Part shown: positions 1 through 7,964 of the stretch, piece after piece
How the letters are laid out: every line of letters starts with the position of its first letter
Position numbering within the stretch: position 1 is the first letter of the stretch
The notes under the pieces: model-generated
The model's input: only the letters and a program-made list of their open reading frames with translations
The model's database searches: none
What the model was told of the DNA's origin: nothing
Assembly: GCA_963802945.1 (NCBI GenBank)
Contig: CAWDKY010000018.1
Coordinates: 1 to 16,938 of the forward strand
Origin: an uncultured delta proteobacterium
GTDB lineage: Bacteria > Desulfobacterota > RBG-13-43-22
Length of the DNA stretch: 16,938 nucleotides
Direction of reading: 5' to 3'
Translations under genes and position numbers: made by a program

Positions 1-2
1 TT

Positions 3-665
3 CTTGAGATGCGACCCAAATTCGGCCCCGGTATGGTTACGGGCTTGATGCGCATCGAGGGCAGGCCCTTCGGCCTTATGGCCAATGACTGCATGCACAC
101 AGCCGGGGCTATCGAAGCGGAAGATGCAGACAAGGCAGCACGTTTAATGCAGCTGTGCAATGCCCATGGTCTGCCGATACTCTCCCTTTGCGATACGCCG
201 GGATTCATGGTTGGACCGGAGATCGAGAAGCGCGCCCAGGTCCGTCATGTTTGCCGTATGTATGTGATCGGCTCACATTTAAAGATACCTTTCTTCACGG
301 TTGTATTACGCCGGGGATACGGCCTCGGAGCCATGGCCATGGCCAAAGGCGGCTTTCATGAATCTTTATTCACCGTGTCCTGGCCTTCGGGAGAATTCGG
401 CGGCATGGGACTGGAAGGGGCGGTCAAGGCCGGTTACCGAAAGGAGCTTGAGGCGATCCAAAACCCCGAGGAGCGGGAAGCGTTATACCATAAGCTGGTG
501 GCCCGGTCGTATGAAGTTGGGAAGGCCATTAATATGGCCGCTCACCTTGAAATTGATGCGGTCATTGATCCGGCGGATACCCGCAAATGGATCATGGAGG
601 GATTGAAGTCAGTTCCTGCCGAAGCCTTCGAAGGGACAGGTCACGATTTTGTTGATCCGTGGTAA
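3..665 (+). CDS. Biotin-dependent acyl-CoA carboxylase, carboxyltransferase domain (3' part, truncated by window start); probably single-chain long-chain acyl-CoA carboxylase type
   Basis: Frame is open to the window edge (L-E-M-R-P-K-F-G). Carboxyltransferase motifs AARLMQLCNAHGLPILSLCDTPGFMVGP, RRGYGLGAMAM, GGMGLEGAV, IDAVIDPADTR. The C-terminal FVDPW resembles the ending of fused BC-BCCP-CT enzymes (recollection). Confidence 0.9.
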   Translation, partial: LEMRPKFGPGMVTGLMRIEGRPFGLMANDCMHTAGAIEAEDADKAARLMQLCNAHGLPILSLCDTPGFMVGPEIEKRAQVRHVCRMYVIGSHLKIPFFTVVLRRGYGLGAMAMAKGGFHESLFTVSWPSGEFGGMGLEGAVKAGYRKELEAIQNPEEREALYHKLVARSYEVGKAINMAAHLEIDAVIDPADTRKWIMEGLKSVPAEAFEGTGHDFVDPW

Positions 666-686
666 TACCAAGGCAGTCTAATTTTC

Positions 687-715
687 TTGACGGCCTGTCT
701 GTTTCCCCCTAAAAT
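687..715 (+). promoter_or_regulatory. Sigma70-type promoter upstream of the CBS/ACT gene
   Basis: TTGACG (687-692), 17-nt spacer, TAAAAT (710-715); both boxes match consensus 5/6. Predicted TSS near 722. Confidence 0.65.
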
Positions 716-740
716 AAACCTGTAAAAAAAGAAGGTTGAA

Positions 741-870
741 ATTTTCCGCTCCGCAGGGGGAAAATAAGGTAAGTAGATATCCTTGTCGGTTCCTTTGCCA
801 GGGGAACCCTGTTATGAAGAGACGTGCCATTTAATAAGCATATCCCCAATTCAAAGAAGGAGGCCCTCCT
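741..870 (+). promoter_or_regulatory. Structured 5' leader with SD-sequestering hairpin (candidate cis-regulatory RNA)
   Basis: Stems ATTTTCC/GGAAAAT (741-765), GATATCCTTGT/ATAAGCATATC (776-786/834-844), GGTTCCTTT/AGGGGAACC (788-808) and AGGAG-GCC-CTCCT (858-870) directly before the ATG. Confidence 0.4.
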
Positions 871-1509
871 ATGTTAGTCAGAAAAAGGATGACCACCGAG
901 GTCATAACAGTAAACCCGGATCAGACTCTGTTAAAGGCGATGAGTCTCATACACCAAAAGAGGATCCGTCACCTGCCTGTGGTCCAGGGGGGAAAATTAG
1001 TGGGCATAGTGACGGAACATGACGTCCGGAAGGCCGGCGCTTCCGATTCCAGCACCCTTTCCATTTTTGAATTGAATTATTTATTAGACCGAATCAAAAT
1101 TTCCAGTTTTATGATCAAAAAAGTAATTACCGTGTCACCGGATGAACCGATTGAAGCGGCGGCCAAGATAATCTACGATCACAAAATAGGGGCCTTGCCG
1201 GTAGTTGAACAGGATCATTTGGTCGGGCTGATCACCCGTTCCGATATTCTGGAGACCTTTATCGAAGTCCTGGGGATCGACCGACCGAGCGTTCGGGTTG
1301 AATTAGAGCTGGAAAACCGGATTGGGTCTATGGTCGAAGCGCTTAAGTACTTTAAGGAGCTGGAGCTTTATCTGGTAAGTGTGGTCACCCTGCCCGAAGA
1401 AGAAGGGGAAAAAACCCGTGGTGCAGTCTTTCGGGTTCGACCGACAGATGAAAAAAAATTAAAAGATTTTCTCCGCACTGTTGGGCCCCCGATCATCTCG
1501 GTGTACTGA
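871..1509 (+). CDS. acuB: CBS-pair plus ACT-like domain protein (AcuB family)
   Basis: Two CBS repeats (IRHLPVV..GKLVGIVT..D; KIGALPVV..LVGLITRSDIL), linker STLSIFELNYLL typical of AcuB, C-terminal ACT-like RVELELENRIGSM. SD AGGAGG at 858-863. Confidence 0.85.
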   Translation: MLVRKRMTTEVITVNPDQTLLKAMSLIHQKRIRHLPVVQGGKLVGIVTEHDVRKAGASDSSTLSIFELNYLLDRIKISSFMIKKVITVSPDEPIEAAAKIIYDHKIGALPVVEQDHLVGLITRSDILETFIEVLGIDRPSVRVELELENRIGSMVEALKYFKELELYLVSVVTLPEEEGEKTRGAVFRVRPTDEKKLKDFLRTVGPPIISVY

Positions 1510-1673
1510 TCGAGATCAGAGTATCTCTTTATTCATTTTACTGAGAAGGGAATTGCCGCTCATTTCTCTTAGTGGCTGATTGAGAAGACATCCTACCTAA
1601 AACTATTCAAAGTCCATTTTCCTCAAGGTTCTGAAACAACCGGTCTGCATAGAAAATAGTTCCCCAATATTTG

Positions 1674-1725
1674 TTCGTTAGGGTTTTTACTTTTTCCAGG
1701 GAAGTATCTTATAAAAAATGTTAAA
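1674..1725 (+). promoter_or_regulatory. Putative transcription-factor site, copy 1 (shared with 16434-16478)
   Basis: TTCGTTAGGGTTTTT (1674-1688) is identical to 16434-16448 and is followed by TAAAAAATGTTAAA (1712-1725). A possible extended -10 TGnTATAAG lies at 1740-1748 without a clear -35. Confidence 0.5.
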
Positions 1726-1799
1726 AAAATGGGAAAATGTGTTATAAGGTAAAATTTTAGTTTTTTGAACCCTTTTTTTTCTCAAAGGAGAAAGGCCGG

Positions 1800-2612
1800 A
1801 TGTCATCCCGCCGCCTTGGGCCAATACTGCTGAAAGCAGATGAAATAAACATGTTCTTTGGAAAAGTGGCTGCCTTGTCCGGGGTCAGTTTTGATGTCCG
1901 TGAGGGTGAGATCCATTCCATTATTGGTCCCAATGGGGCCGGTAAAACCGTTCTATTGAACTGCATCAATGGACTGTATCATCCCCAAAACGGAGTCATT
2001 GCCTTTAAAGGGGAGGATATCACTAAAGTAAGACCTCATCATCGGGCTCAACTGGGCATATCGAGGACCTTTCAAAAGATCGAATTATTTCGGGGGATGA
2101 CCGTGCTCGACAACATCCGCTTAGGTCGCCATATACACTTGAAGTCAGGCATCCTCAGCGGATCCATTTATTTTGGGAAAACAGCCCGTGAAGAAATCAA
2201 AGCCCGGGAGTTTATTGAGGAAGAGATTATTGACCTGCTTGAAATTGAATCCATCCGCAATAAAACAGTTGGCATGCTGCCCTATGGTCTGCAAAAACGG
2301 GTTGAACTAGGCCGGGCCTTGGCCTTAAATCCTCAATTGCTTCTCCTGGATGAACCTCTGGCCGGATTGAATCTGGAAGAGGTGGAGGATATGGCCCGCT
2401 TTATCCTGGATATCAATCTGGAAGGACGCTGGAAAGTGACCTGTATCTTGGTAGAACACGACATGGGAGTGGTGATGGACATCTCGGATCGCATCTCGGT
2501 CCTCAGCTTCGGCCATAAAATAGCCACCGGCATCCCAAGCGACATACAAAACAATCCTCAGGTGATCGAGGCCTATCTGGGTGAGGAGGACTTCTATGCC
2601 ACTCGGAGATAA
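1800..2612 (+). CDS. livG: ABC transporter ATP-binding protein, LivG family (HAAT)
   Basis: Walker A GPNGAGKT, RTFQ, signature LPYGLQKR, Walker B LLLLDEP, VEHDM, C-terminal VIEAYLG. SD AAGGAG at 1785-1790. Symbol is family-level only. Confidence 0.92.
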   Translation: MSSRRLGPILLKADEINMFFGKVAALSGVSFDVREGEIHSIIGPNGAGKTVLLNCINGLYHPQNGVIAFKGEDITKVRPHHRAQLGISRTFQKIELFRGMTVLDNIRLGRHIHLKSGILSGSIYFGKTAREEIKAREFIEEEIIDLLEIESIRNKTVGMLPYGLQKRVELGRALALNPQLLLLDEPLAGLNLEEVEDMARFILDINLEGRWKVTCILVEHDMGVVMDISDRISVLSFGHKIATGIPSDIQNNPQVIEAYLGEEDFYATRR

Positions 2613-4551
2613 GGTTCAAGCCCCTCCTTTCCAGATCAGTGAAGACTCGACCCTGCCCAAGGTCCTTATCGAGACGGCCAAAAGGTTTGGGGATTCCAAA
2701 GCGGCTATGCGTGAAAAAGAATTCGGGATCTGGCGTCGAATCACCTGGAAAGACTACTTGGAGAATGTCAGAGCAATTGCTCTGGGTCTGGTCAGTCTGG
2801 GATTAAAACGGGGTGACAAGGTGGCTATGATCGGGGATAACCGCCCTGAAGGTTTATGGATGGAAATGGCTACTCTGTCGGTAGGCGGAATCGCCGTCTG
2901 GCTTTTTCAAGACTCTCTTACGGACGAAGTGGCCTATATCATCAACCACTCCGACGCTGTTTTTCTGGTGGGCGAAGGTCAGGAGGAAGTGGACAAGGCT
3001 TTATCCGTTCAGGAAAAATGTCCTTTTTTAAAAAAGATCATCTGGGATGACCCCAAAGGGATGAGGGATTACCATGATCCGCTGTTGATCAGTCTAAAAG
3101 AGGTGATGCAAAAAGGAAAGGAATTGGATGAAAAAGACCCCGGCATTTTTGAAAAAATAGTTGCCCAAGGGAAGGCCGGCGATGTCGCCTTGCTTTTTTA
3201 TACCTCCGGGACCACGGCCTTGCCCAAAGGGGCACTCCTTTCCCATTACAACTTGCTGACCATGGGTCAGAATATGATGGACGTCGATCCTTGCACCCCG
3301 GAAGACGATTTTGTCTCTTTTCTACCTTTTGCCTGGATCGGGGAACAGATGATGTCTATTTCCTGCGGATTACAAGTGGGTTTCACCATCAATTTTCCCG
3401 AAGAACCGGAGACCGCCCAGGAAAATATCCGCGAAATCGGACCTCATGTCATGTTCGCACCTCCGCGTATGTACGAGCAAATGACCCGTTCCGTTCAGGT
3501 CAAGCATCTGGACTCCACCTGGATTAAAAGGTCCTTTTTTAAGACAGCCATGAAAATCGGTTATCATGTGGCTGATCTGAAGTTTAAGAAAAAACCGATT
3601 CCCCTGGGCTGGAAAATATTGGACGGACTGGCCCATGCCGTGGTATTCAAAAAACTGCGCGATCATCTGGGACTCTCCCGAATCCGGAATGCCTACACCG
3701 GCGGGGCAGCCATGGGGCCGGATCATTTCCGCTTTTTTCATGCCCTGGGTGTGAACCTCAAACAGATTTATGGCCAGACCGAAATCGCCGGAATCTCGGT
3801 GCTGCACCGCAATGGGGATATTAAATTCGATACAGTCGGGACACCGATTACCCAGACTGAAGTTCGGATTGACGAAGAAGGGGAGATTATTTCCAAAAGC
3901 CCTTCGGTTTTTCTCGGATACTATAAAAATCCCGAGGCCACGGCCAAAACCCTTAGAGATGGATGGCTCTATTCGGGCGATAAAGGGTTCATAGATGAAG
4001 ACGGACATCTGGTGGTTTTTGACCGGACCACAGATGTGTTGGTATTGAGCGACCGGTCTATTTTCTCTCCTCAATATCTTGAAACTCGATTGAAATTTTC
4101 TCCTTATCTTACGGATGCCTGGATCATTGGGCATGAAAAACCGTTTGTCACGGCCGTGATCTGTATAGATTATGCCGTAGTCGGCAAATGGGCCGATGAA
4201 AAAAAACTTAATTACACCAGTTACCATGAACTGTCGCAGAAACCGGAGGTCTATGATCTGGTGAAAAACCAGATCCAGGAGGCCAACAAAAGCCTTAAAC
4301 CTGTGGCCAAGGTCCGGAAGTTCATCAATCTCTATAAAGAATTCGACGCCGATGACGAAGAATTGACCCGCACCCGAAAACTGAGACGGTCCTTTTTGGA
4401 AAATCGCTATCGAGATATCGTTCAGGCCATGTATGAAGACCGGGATAACGTCCACATGGATACCACCATCACCTATGAAGACGGACGCCTGGTCCACATT
4501 AAGACCGATCTCCATATCCTGGAGCTACCTGTTGAGGAGGAAAAAACATGA
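2596..4551 (+). CDS. Long-chain fatty acid--CoA ligase (AMP-binding, ANL family)
   Basis: P-loop YTSGTTALPKG, YGQTE, GWLYSGDKG, A10-type ELTRTRKLRR. Start placed at ATG 2596, behind GAGGAGGA, rather than GTG 2581; overlaps the end of livG. Confidence 0.92.
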   Translation: MPLGDKVQAPPFQISEDSTLPKVLIETAKRFGDSKAAMREKEFGIWRRITWKDYLENVRAIALGLVSLGLKRGDKVAMIGDNRPEGLWMEMATLSVGGIAVWLFQDSLTDEVAYIINHSDAVFLVGEGQEEVDKALSVQEKCPFLKKIIWDDPKGMRDYHDPLLISLKEVMQKGKELDEKDPGIFEKIVAQGKAGDVALLFYTSGTTALPKGALLSHYNLLTMGQNMMDVDPCTPEDDFVSFLPFAWIGEQMMSISCGLQVGFTINFPEEPETAQENIREIGPHVMFAPPRMYEQMTRSVQVKHLDSTWIKRSFFKTAMKIGYHVADLKFKKKPIPLGWKILDGLAHAVVFKKLRDHLGLSRIRNAYTGGAAMGPDHFRFFHALGVNLKQIYGQTEIAGISVLHRNGDIKFDTVGTPITQTEVRIDEEGEIISKSPSVFLGYYKNPEATAKTLRDGWLYSGDKGFIDEDGHLVVFDRTTDVLVLSDRSIFSPQYLETRLKFSPYLTDAWIIGHEKPFVTAVICIDYAVVGKWADEKKLNYTSYHELSQKPEVYDLVKNQIQEANKSLKPVAKVRKFINLYKEFDADDEELTRTRKLRRSFLENRYRDIVQAMYEDRDNVHMDTTITYEDGRLVHIKTDLHILELPVEEEKT

Positions 4552-5432
4552 ACTTGTTTATTCAGGTCATGATTACCGGTATCCTGATGGGCGGTATTTA
4601 TGCCTTGGTCGCCCTGGGTTGGACCTTGATCTATAAATGCTCCGGGGTGTTGAACCTGGCCATGGGCGAGCTGACCTTGATCGGGGCTTATGTCTGTCTG
4701 ACCTTTTATCTCTGGGGTTTTCCCTTTATCCTGGCCCTTCTTTGTACGGTCATTATCGGTTTTATCTTGGGACTCATTACCGAGAGGATCTTCCTGGACA
4801 GGCTGATCGGAGAGCCGGTCTTGACGGTCATTATGGTCACCGTTGGATTATCTTTTTTCTTCCGGGGGATTGTCGAGTTCATTTTTGGAACCGACACGGT
4901 CATCTTCAGTCCCTCGGTCTTCCCCATGGAACCCATCGACATCGGCGGGATTATTATCGGTCAGGTCTATTTGTGGAGTTTTGCCGCCGCCATTGTTCTG
5001 TTGCTGATTTTTGTGGCCTTCTTTCAATATACCCGCTGGGGTTTGGCCATGCAGGCCACGGCCGACGACGAAATGGCCGCCCTTTCCTTAGGGGTCAGTG
5101 CTCGTTTCGTTTATGCCATTGCCTGGGGGATTGCCTTTATTGCCGCTGGGGTGGGAGGGGCCTTGCTGGGCAATATCAACGGGCTGAATATCTCGGTCGG
5201 CTATCTGGGATTATTGGTTTTACCGGCCGTGGTTTTGGGAGGGCTGAACTCCGTACCAGGGGCCATTGTCGGAGGAATCGTCATCGGTCTTTTGCAAAAT
5301 TTGAGCGGGACCTATCTAGAACGGTTCACCCCCGGCGGGGTAAAAGAAATTGCCCCTTTCATATTTATGGTCATTATTTTACTTTTTAGACCCCACGGAC
5401 TCTGGGGCTGGGAAAAGATCGAGAGGGTTTAA
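4548..5432 (+). CDS. livH: ABC transporter permease, LivH family
   Basis: GGIYALVALGWTLIYK..GVLNLAMGE, TRWGLAMQATADD, VVLGGLNS, RPHGLWG; highly hydrophobic; ATGA overlap with the ligase stop. Symbol is family-level only. Confidence 0.92.
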   Translation: MNLFIQVMITGILMGGIYALVALGWTLIYKCSGVLNLAMGELTLIGAYVCLTFYLWGFPFILALLCTVIIGFILGLITERIFLDRLIGEPVLTVIMVTVGLSFFFRGIVEFIFGTDTVIFSPSVFPMEPIDIGGIIIGQVYLWSFAAAIVLLLIFVAFFQYTRWGLAMQATADDEMAALSLGVSARFVYAIAWGIAFIAAGVGGALLGNINGLNISVGYLGLLVLPAVVLGGLNSVPGAIVGGIVIGLLQNLSGTYLERFTPGGVKEIAPFIFMVIILLFRPHGLWGWEKIERV

Positions 5433-5434
5433 CC

Positions 5435-6502
5435 ATGCAGCATCTGCCCTGCGGCCTTTACCACGAATATTATCAACAGGACCATGCCTGGTGGCAGACC
5501 CGGTTCGTCATCGGTAAGATGATCTTTTTGGGGTTTTTTATTTTTTTTCTTCTCCCCTATGGGGGGGGCCTCTATTGGGTCGGGGTGGCCAATCTGGTGG
5601 CCTATACCATTATGGGGGCCTTGGGCGTGCAACTCCTGATCGGTTATTGCGGGCAGGTGACCCTCGGACATGCGGCTTTTATCGCTGTCGGGGCCTACAC
5701 CACCACCCTGCTTATGCTTCAACTTCATCTTCCCTATTTGTTGTCCATGCTTATCGGAGGCCTTGTAGCCGGGCTTTGGTCTGTCCTATTTGGATTGCCT
5801 TCAGCCAAAGTCAAAGGCTTTTATCTGATTATGACCTCCCTGGCGGCCCAGTTTGTTACTGTGGATTTTATTCTGACCCAATACGTCAGCCGGATCGGCG
5901 GCCGGGGTCAAGCTTTTTCTTTGCCCCCTGGAACCATCACCATTGGGCCCCTGGTCATGGATACGGATATCAAGGTCTACTTCTTAGGAGCTGTTTTGAG
6001 CATCCTCTTGATCATGGGAGTGGCCAACCTGCTTCGTTCCAAGGTCGGGAGGGCCTGGATCGCCATCAGGGACAACGATATTGCCGCTTCCACCATGGGG
6101 ATCAATATCATCACCTATAAACTGATGGCCTTTTTTGTGGCCGGTTTTATCGGCGGGATTGCCGGGGCCTTCTGGGTCAGCACCCTGTCGGCTTTGAGCC
6201 CGGAACATTTTCCCTGGTTCTGGTCCCTATGGCTGGTCGGTGTGATCCTTATCGGTGGGGTGGGCAGTATCTACGGGACTATTTTCGGGTCCCTGTTTAT
6301 GGTCCTGGTTATGGAAGGATTAAAATTCGCCATTATTCCTCTGACCCCCATATATCCGGCATTAACCATGAAGTTTTTGTTCCTCAAGGAAGCCACTTTC
6401 GGCCTGGCCATTTGTCTCTTTTTGATGTACGAACCCAACGGATTGGCTTATCGCTGGTGGCAGATCAAAAATTATTTTAATCTTTGGCCGTTTTCGTACT
6501 AG
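5435..6502 (+). CDS. livM: ABC transporter permease, LivM family
   Basis: GYCGQVTLGHAAF, KGFYL, SKVGRAWIAIRDND.AA..MGI, IGGVGSIYG, EPNGL. Symbol is family-level only. Confidence 0.92.
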   Translation: MQHLPCGLYHEYYQQDHAWWQTRFVIGKMIFLGFFIFFLLPYGGGLYWVGVANLVAYTIMGALGVQLLIGYCGQVTLGHAAFIAVGAYTTTLLMLQLHLPYLLSMLIGGLVAGLWSVLFGLPSAKVKGFYLIMTSLAAQFVTVDFILTQYVSRIGGRGQAFSLPPGTITIGPLVMDTDIKVYFLGAVLSILLIMGVANLLRSKVGRAWIAIRDNDIAASTMGINIITYKLMAFFVAGFIGGIAGAFWVSTLSALSPEHFPWFWSLWLVGVILIGGVGSIYGTIFGSLFMVLVMEGLKFAIIPLTPIYPALTMKFLFLKEATFGLAICLFLMYEPNGLAYRWWQIKNYFNLWPFSY

Positions 6503-6555
6503 ATGAAAATCCGATGGAAATAATAAATGAGTAAATAAAACGACAGGGGGTTGTC

Positions 6556-7854
6556 ATGATGAGAAAGAAAACATTTTTTTGGGCAACTGCATTATTGACG
6601 GTTTTAATAGGTGCTTCTGGCCTGGTCTGGGCCCAAGCAAAAGGCAAGACCGAGTCCCTAAAGGTCGAGCCCGCTAAAGGGGAAATCAAGATCGGGTCCA
6701 TTATTGACATTTCCGGAGGGACAGCGGATGTGGGCAAAGATTATGCCCTGGGAGTAACCGAGGCGGTTGCCTATGTAAATGATACTGGGGGAATCAACGG
6801 TAAAAAAATAAAATTATACCAATTTGATTACGGTTATCGAATCCCGGAAGCCATTACCACCTACAAGAGGTTCCGCGACTTCGACAAAGTTGTAGCCGTC
6901 TTGGGATGGGGCACTGGGGATACCGAAGCCCTCTCCCCAACCGTAACCAAAGATAAGATGCCGTATGTATCGGCTGGTTACTCCGCTCATCTGACCGATC
7001 CTAAGAAAACCCCGTACAACCTTTTCTTCTGTTCTGATTATTCTACCGGTGCCCGGGCGGCCCTTACGGCCTGGTATGATCATGTCTGGAAAAAGAGCCC
7101 CAAATACATGGTACGCAGGGAAAAGGGCGAAAAGCCCAGGCTGGTCTGCTTTTTTGCCGCCTCTTCTCCCTACGGTACCGCCCCTATTAAGGCCATCAAA
7201 GATCAGGCCGCCATTTTGGGGTTTGAAGTGGGACCAGACCAGGATGTGCCTCTGACCGCCCTGGATACCAAGAGCCAGATCCTCGGCGCCAAGCAGTTTA
7301 AGCCTGACCTGGTCTGGCATGGGAATACGGCCATGTCGGTGGCCACTGCCCTGAAGGATGCTTATGCACTCGGCTTGGGCGCGGACCACATCACCAATGT
7401 CTGGGGCATTGATGAAAACCTGCCCCGTCTGGCCGGACCGGCCGCCGAAGGGGTCATGGGGGCTGCTGTTTGTGCCTTCTTTGGAGGCAAAGCACCCTTG
7501 ATGGATAAAATAATGGCCTACGCCAAAAAGATTAATCCTAATGTTCCTACCGAGAAAAGACTGGTTAGAACAGTCCAGGCCTGGGGTGCAGTCCTTCTTT
7601 TGTCCGAAGCCATGAAAGTGGCCGATAAACAAGGCCGATTAAACGGCGAAGGGATTATGAAGGCCATGGAGACCTTTAAAAAGAAGGACCTCGGGGTGGG
7701 TTCCCTTCCGGTCAGTTTTTCGGCCACGGATCATCGTCCGGCTACCGGATGCCCAATTTATAAAATTGAAAAGGGGAAATTTGTCTTGGTGGAGGCCGTT
7801 GATTTGAAAAAACGATGGCCTGCAAAATGGGAAAAGGAATGGATGGGCTGGTAG
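6556..7854 (+). CDS. ABC transporter periplasmic substrate-binding protein (LivJ/LivK-like, PBP type 1)
   Basis: Sec signal peptide (RKK, hydrophobic core, VWA-QA); IKIGSIIDISG, GGINGKKI, GWGTGDTEAL; operon position. Confidence 0.9.
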   Translation: MMRKKTFFWATALLTVLIGASGLVWAQAKGKTESLKVEPAKGEIKIGSIIDISGGTADVGKDYALGVTEAVAYVNDTGGINGKKIKLYQFDYGYRIPEAITTYKRFRDFDKVVAVLGWGTGDTEALSPTVTKDKMPYVSAGYSAHLTDPKKTPYNLFFCSDYSTGARAALTAWYDHVWKKSPKYMVRREKGEKPRLVCFFAASSPYGTAPIKAIKDQAAILGFEVGPDQDVPLTALDTKSQILGAKQFKPDLVWHGNTAMSVATALKDAYALGLGADHITNVWGIDENLPRLAGPAAEGVMGAAVCAFFGGKAPLMDKIMAYAKKINPNVPTEKRLVRTVQAWGAVLLLSEAMKVADKQGRLNGEGIMKAMETFKKKDLGVGSLPVSFSATDHRPATGCPIYKIEKGKFVLVEAVDLKKRWPAKWEKEWMGW

Positions 7855-7860
7855 TATAAA

Positions 7861-7946
7861 AGCGTTCGACGGTCAGCCTTTTGCCTTAATATTTTTACTG
7901 ATCGCTGACTATTGATTGCTGATAGTTATAAGCTGAAAGTTGATTT
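7861..7946. repeat. Degenerate heptamer tandem repeat with a short inverted arm
   Basis: Seven consecutive 7-mers at 7898-7946 (CTGATCG CTGACTA TTGATTG CTGATAG TTATAAG CTGAAAG TTGATTT). Upstream CGGTCAGC (7870-7877) is complementary to the unit. Confidence 0.75.
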
Positions 7947-7964
7947 TTTTCCAAAGAGGTAAGG

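Noticed and set aside
671-704. Hairpin AGGCAGTC/GACGGCCT after the carboxylase stop as a terminator
   Set aside because: Mismatched stem, 10-nt loop and poor U-tract; it overlaps the better-supported -35 box.
1540-1573. CTGAGA-containing weak hairpin suggesting a TPP riboswitch
   Set aside because: Other TPP aptamer elements (ACCTGA, GCGnAGGGA) are absent and the gene context does not fit.
3370-4515. 381-aa minus-strand ORF
   Set aside because: Lies antisense to the well-conserved acyl-CoA ligase and has no recognisable motifs; a codon-bias shadow.
4637-6120. Alternative-frame + strand ORFs (250 aa, 181 aa) within livH and livM
   Set aside because: Arg/His/Cys-rich off-frame readings typical of hydrophobic genes; no SD or motifs.
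6814-7632. 272-aa minus-strand ORF
   Set aside because: Antisense shadow of the substrate-binding protein gene; no domain features.
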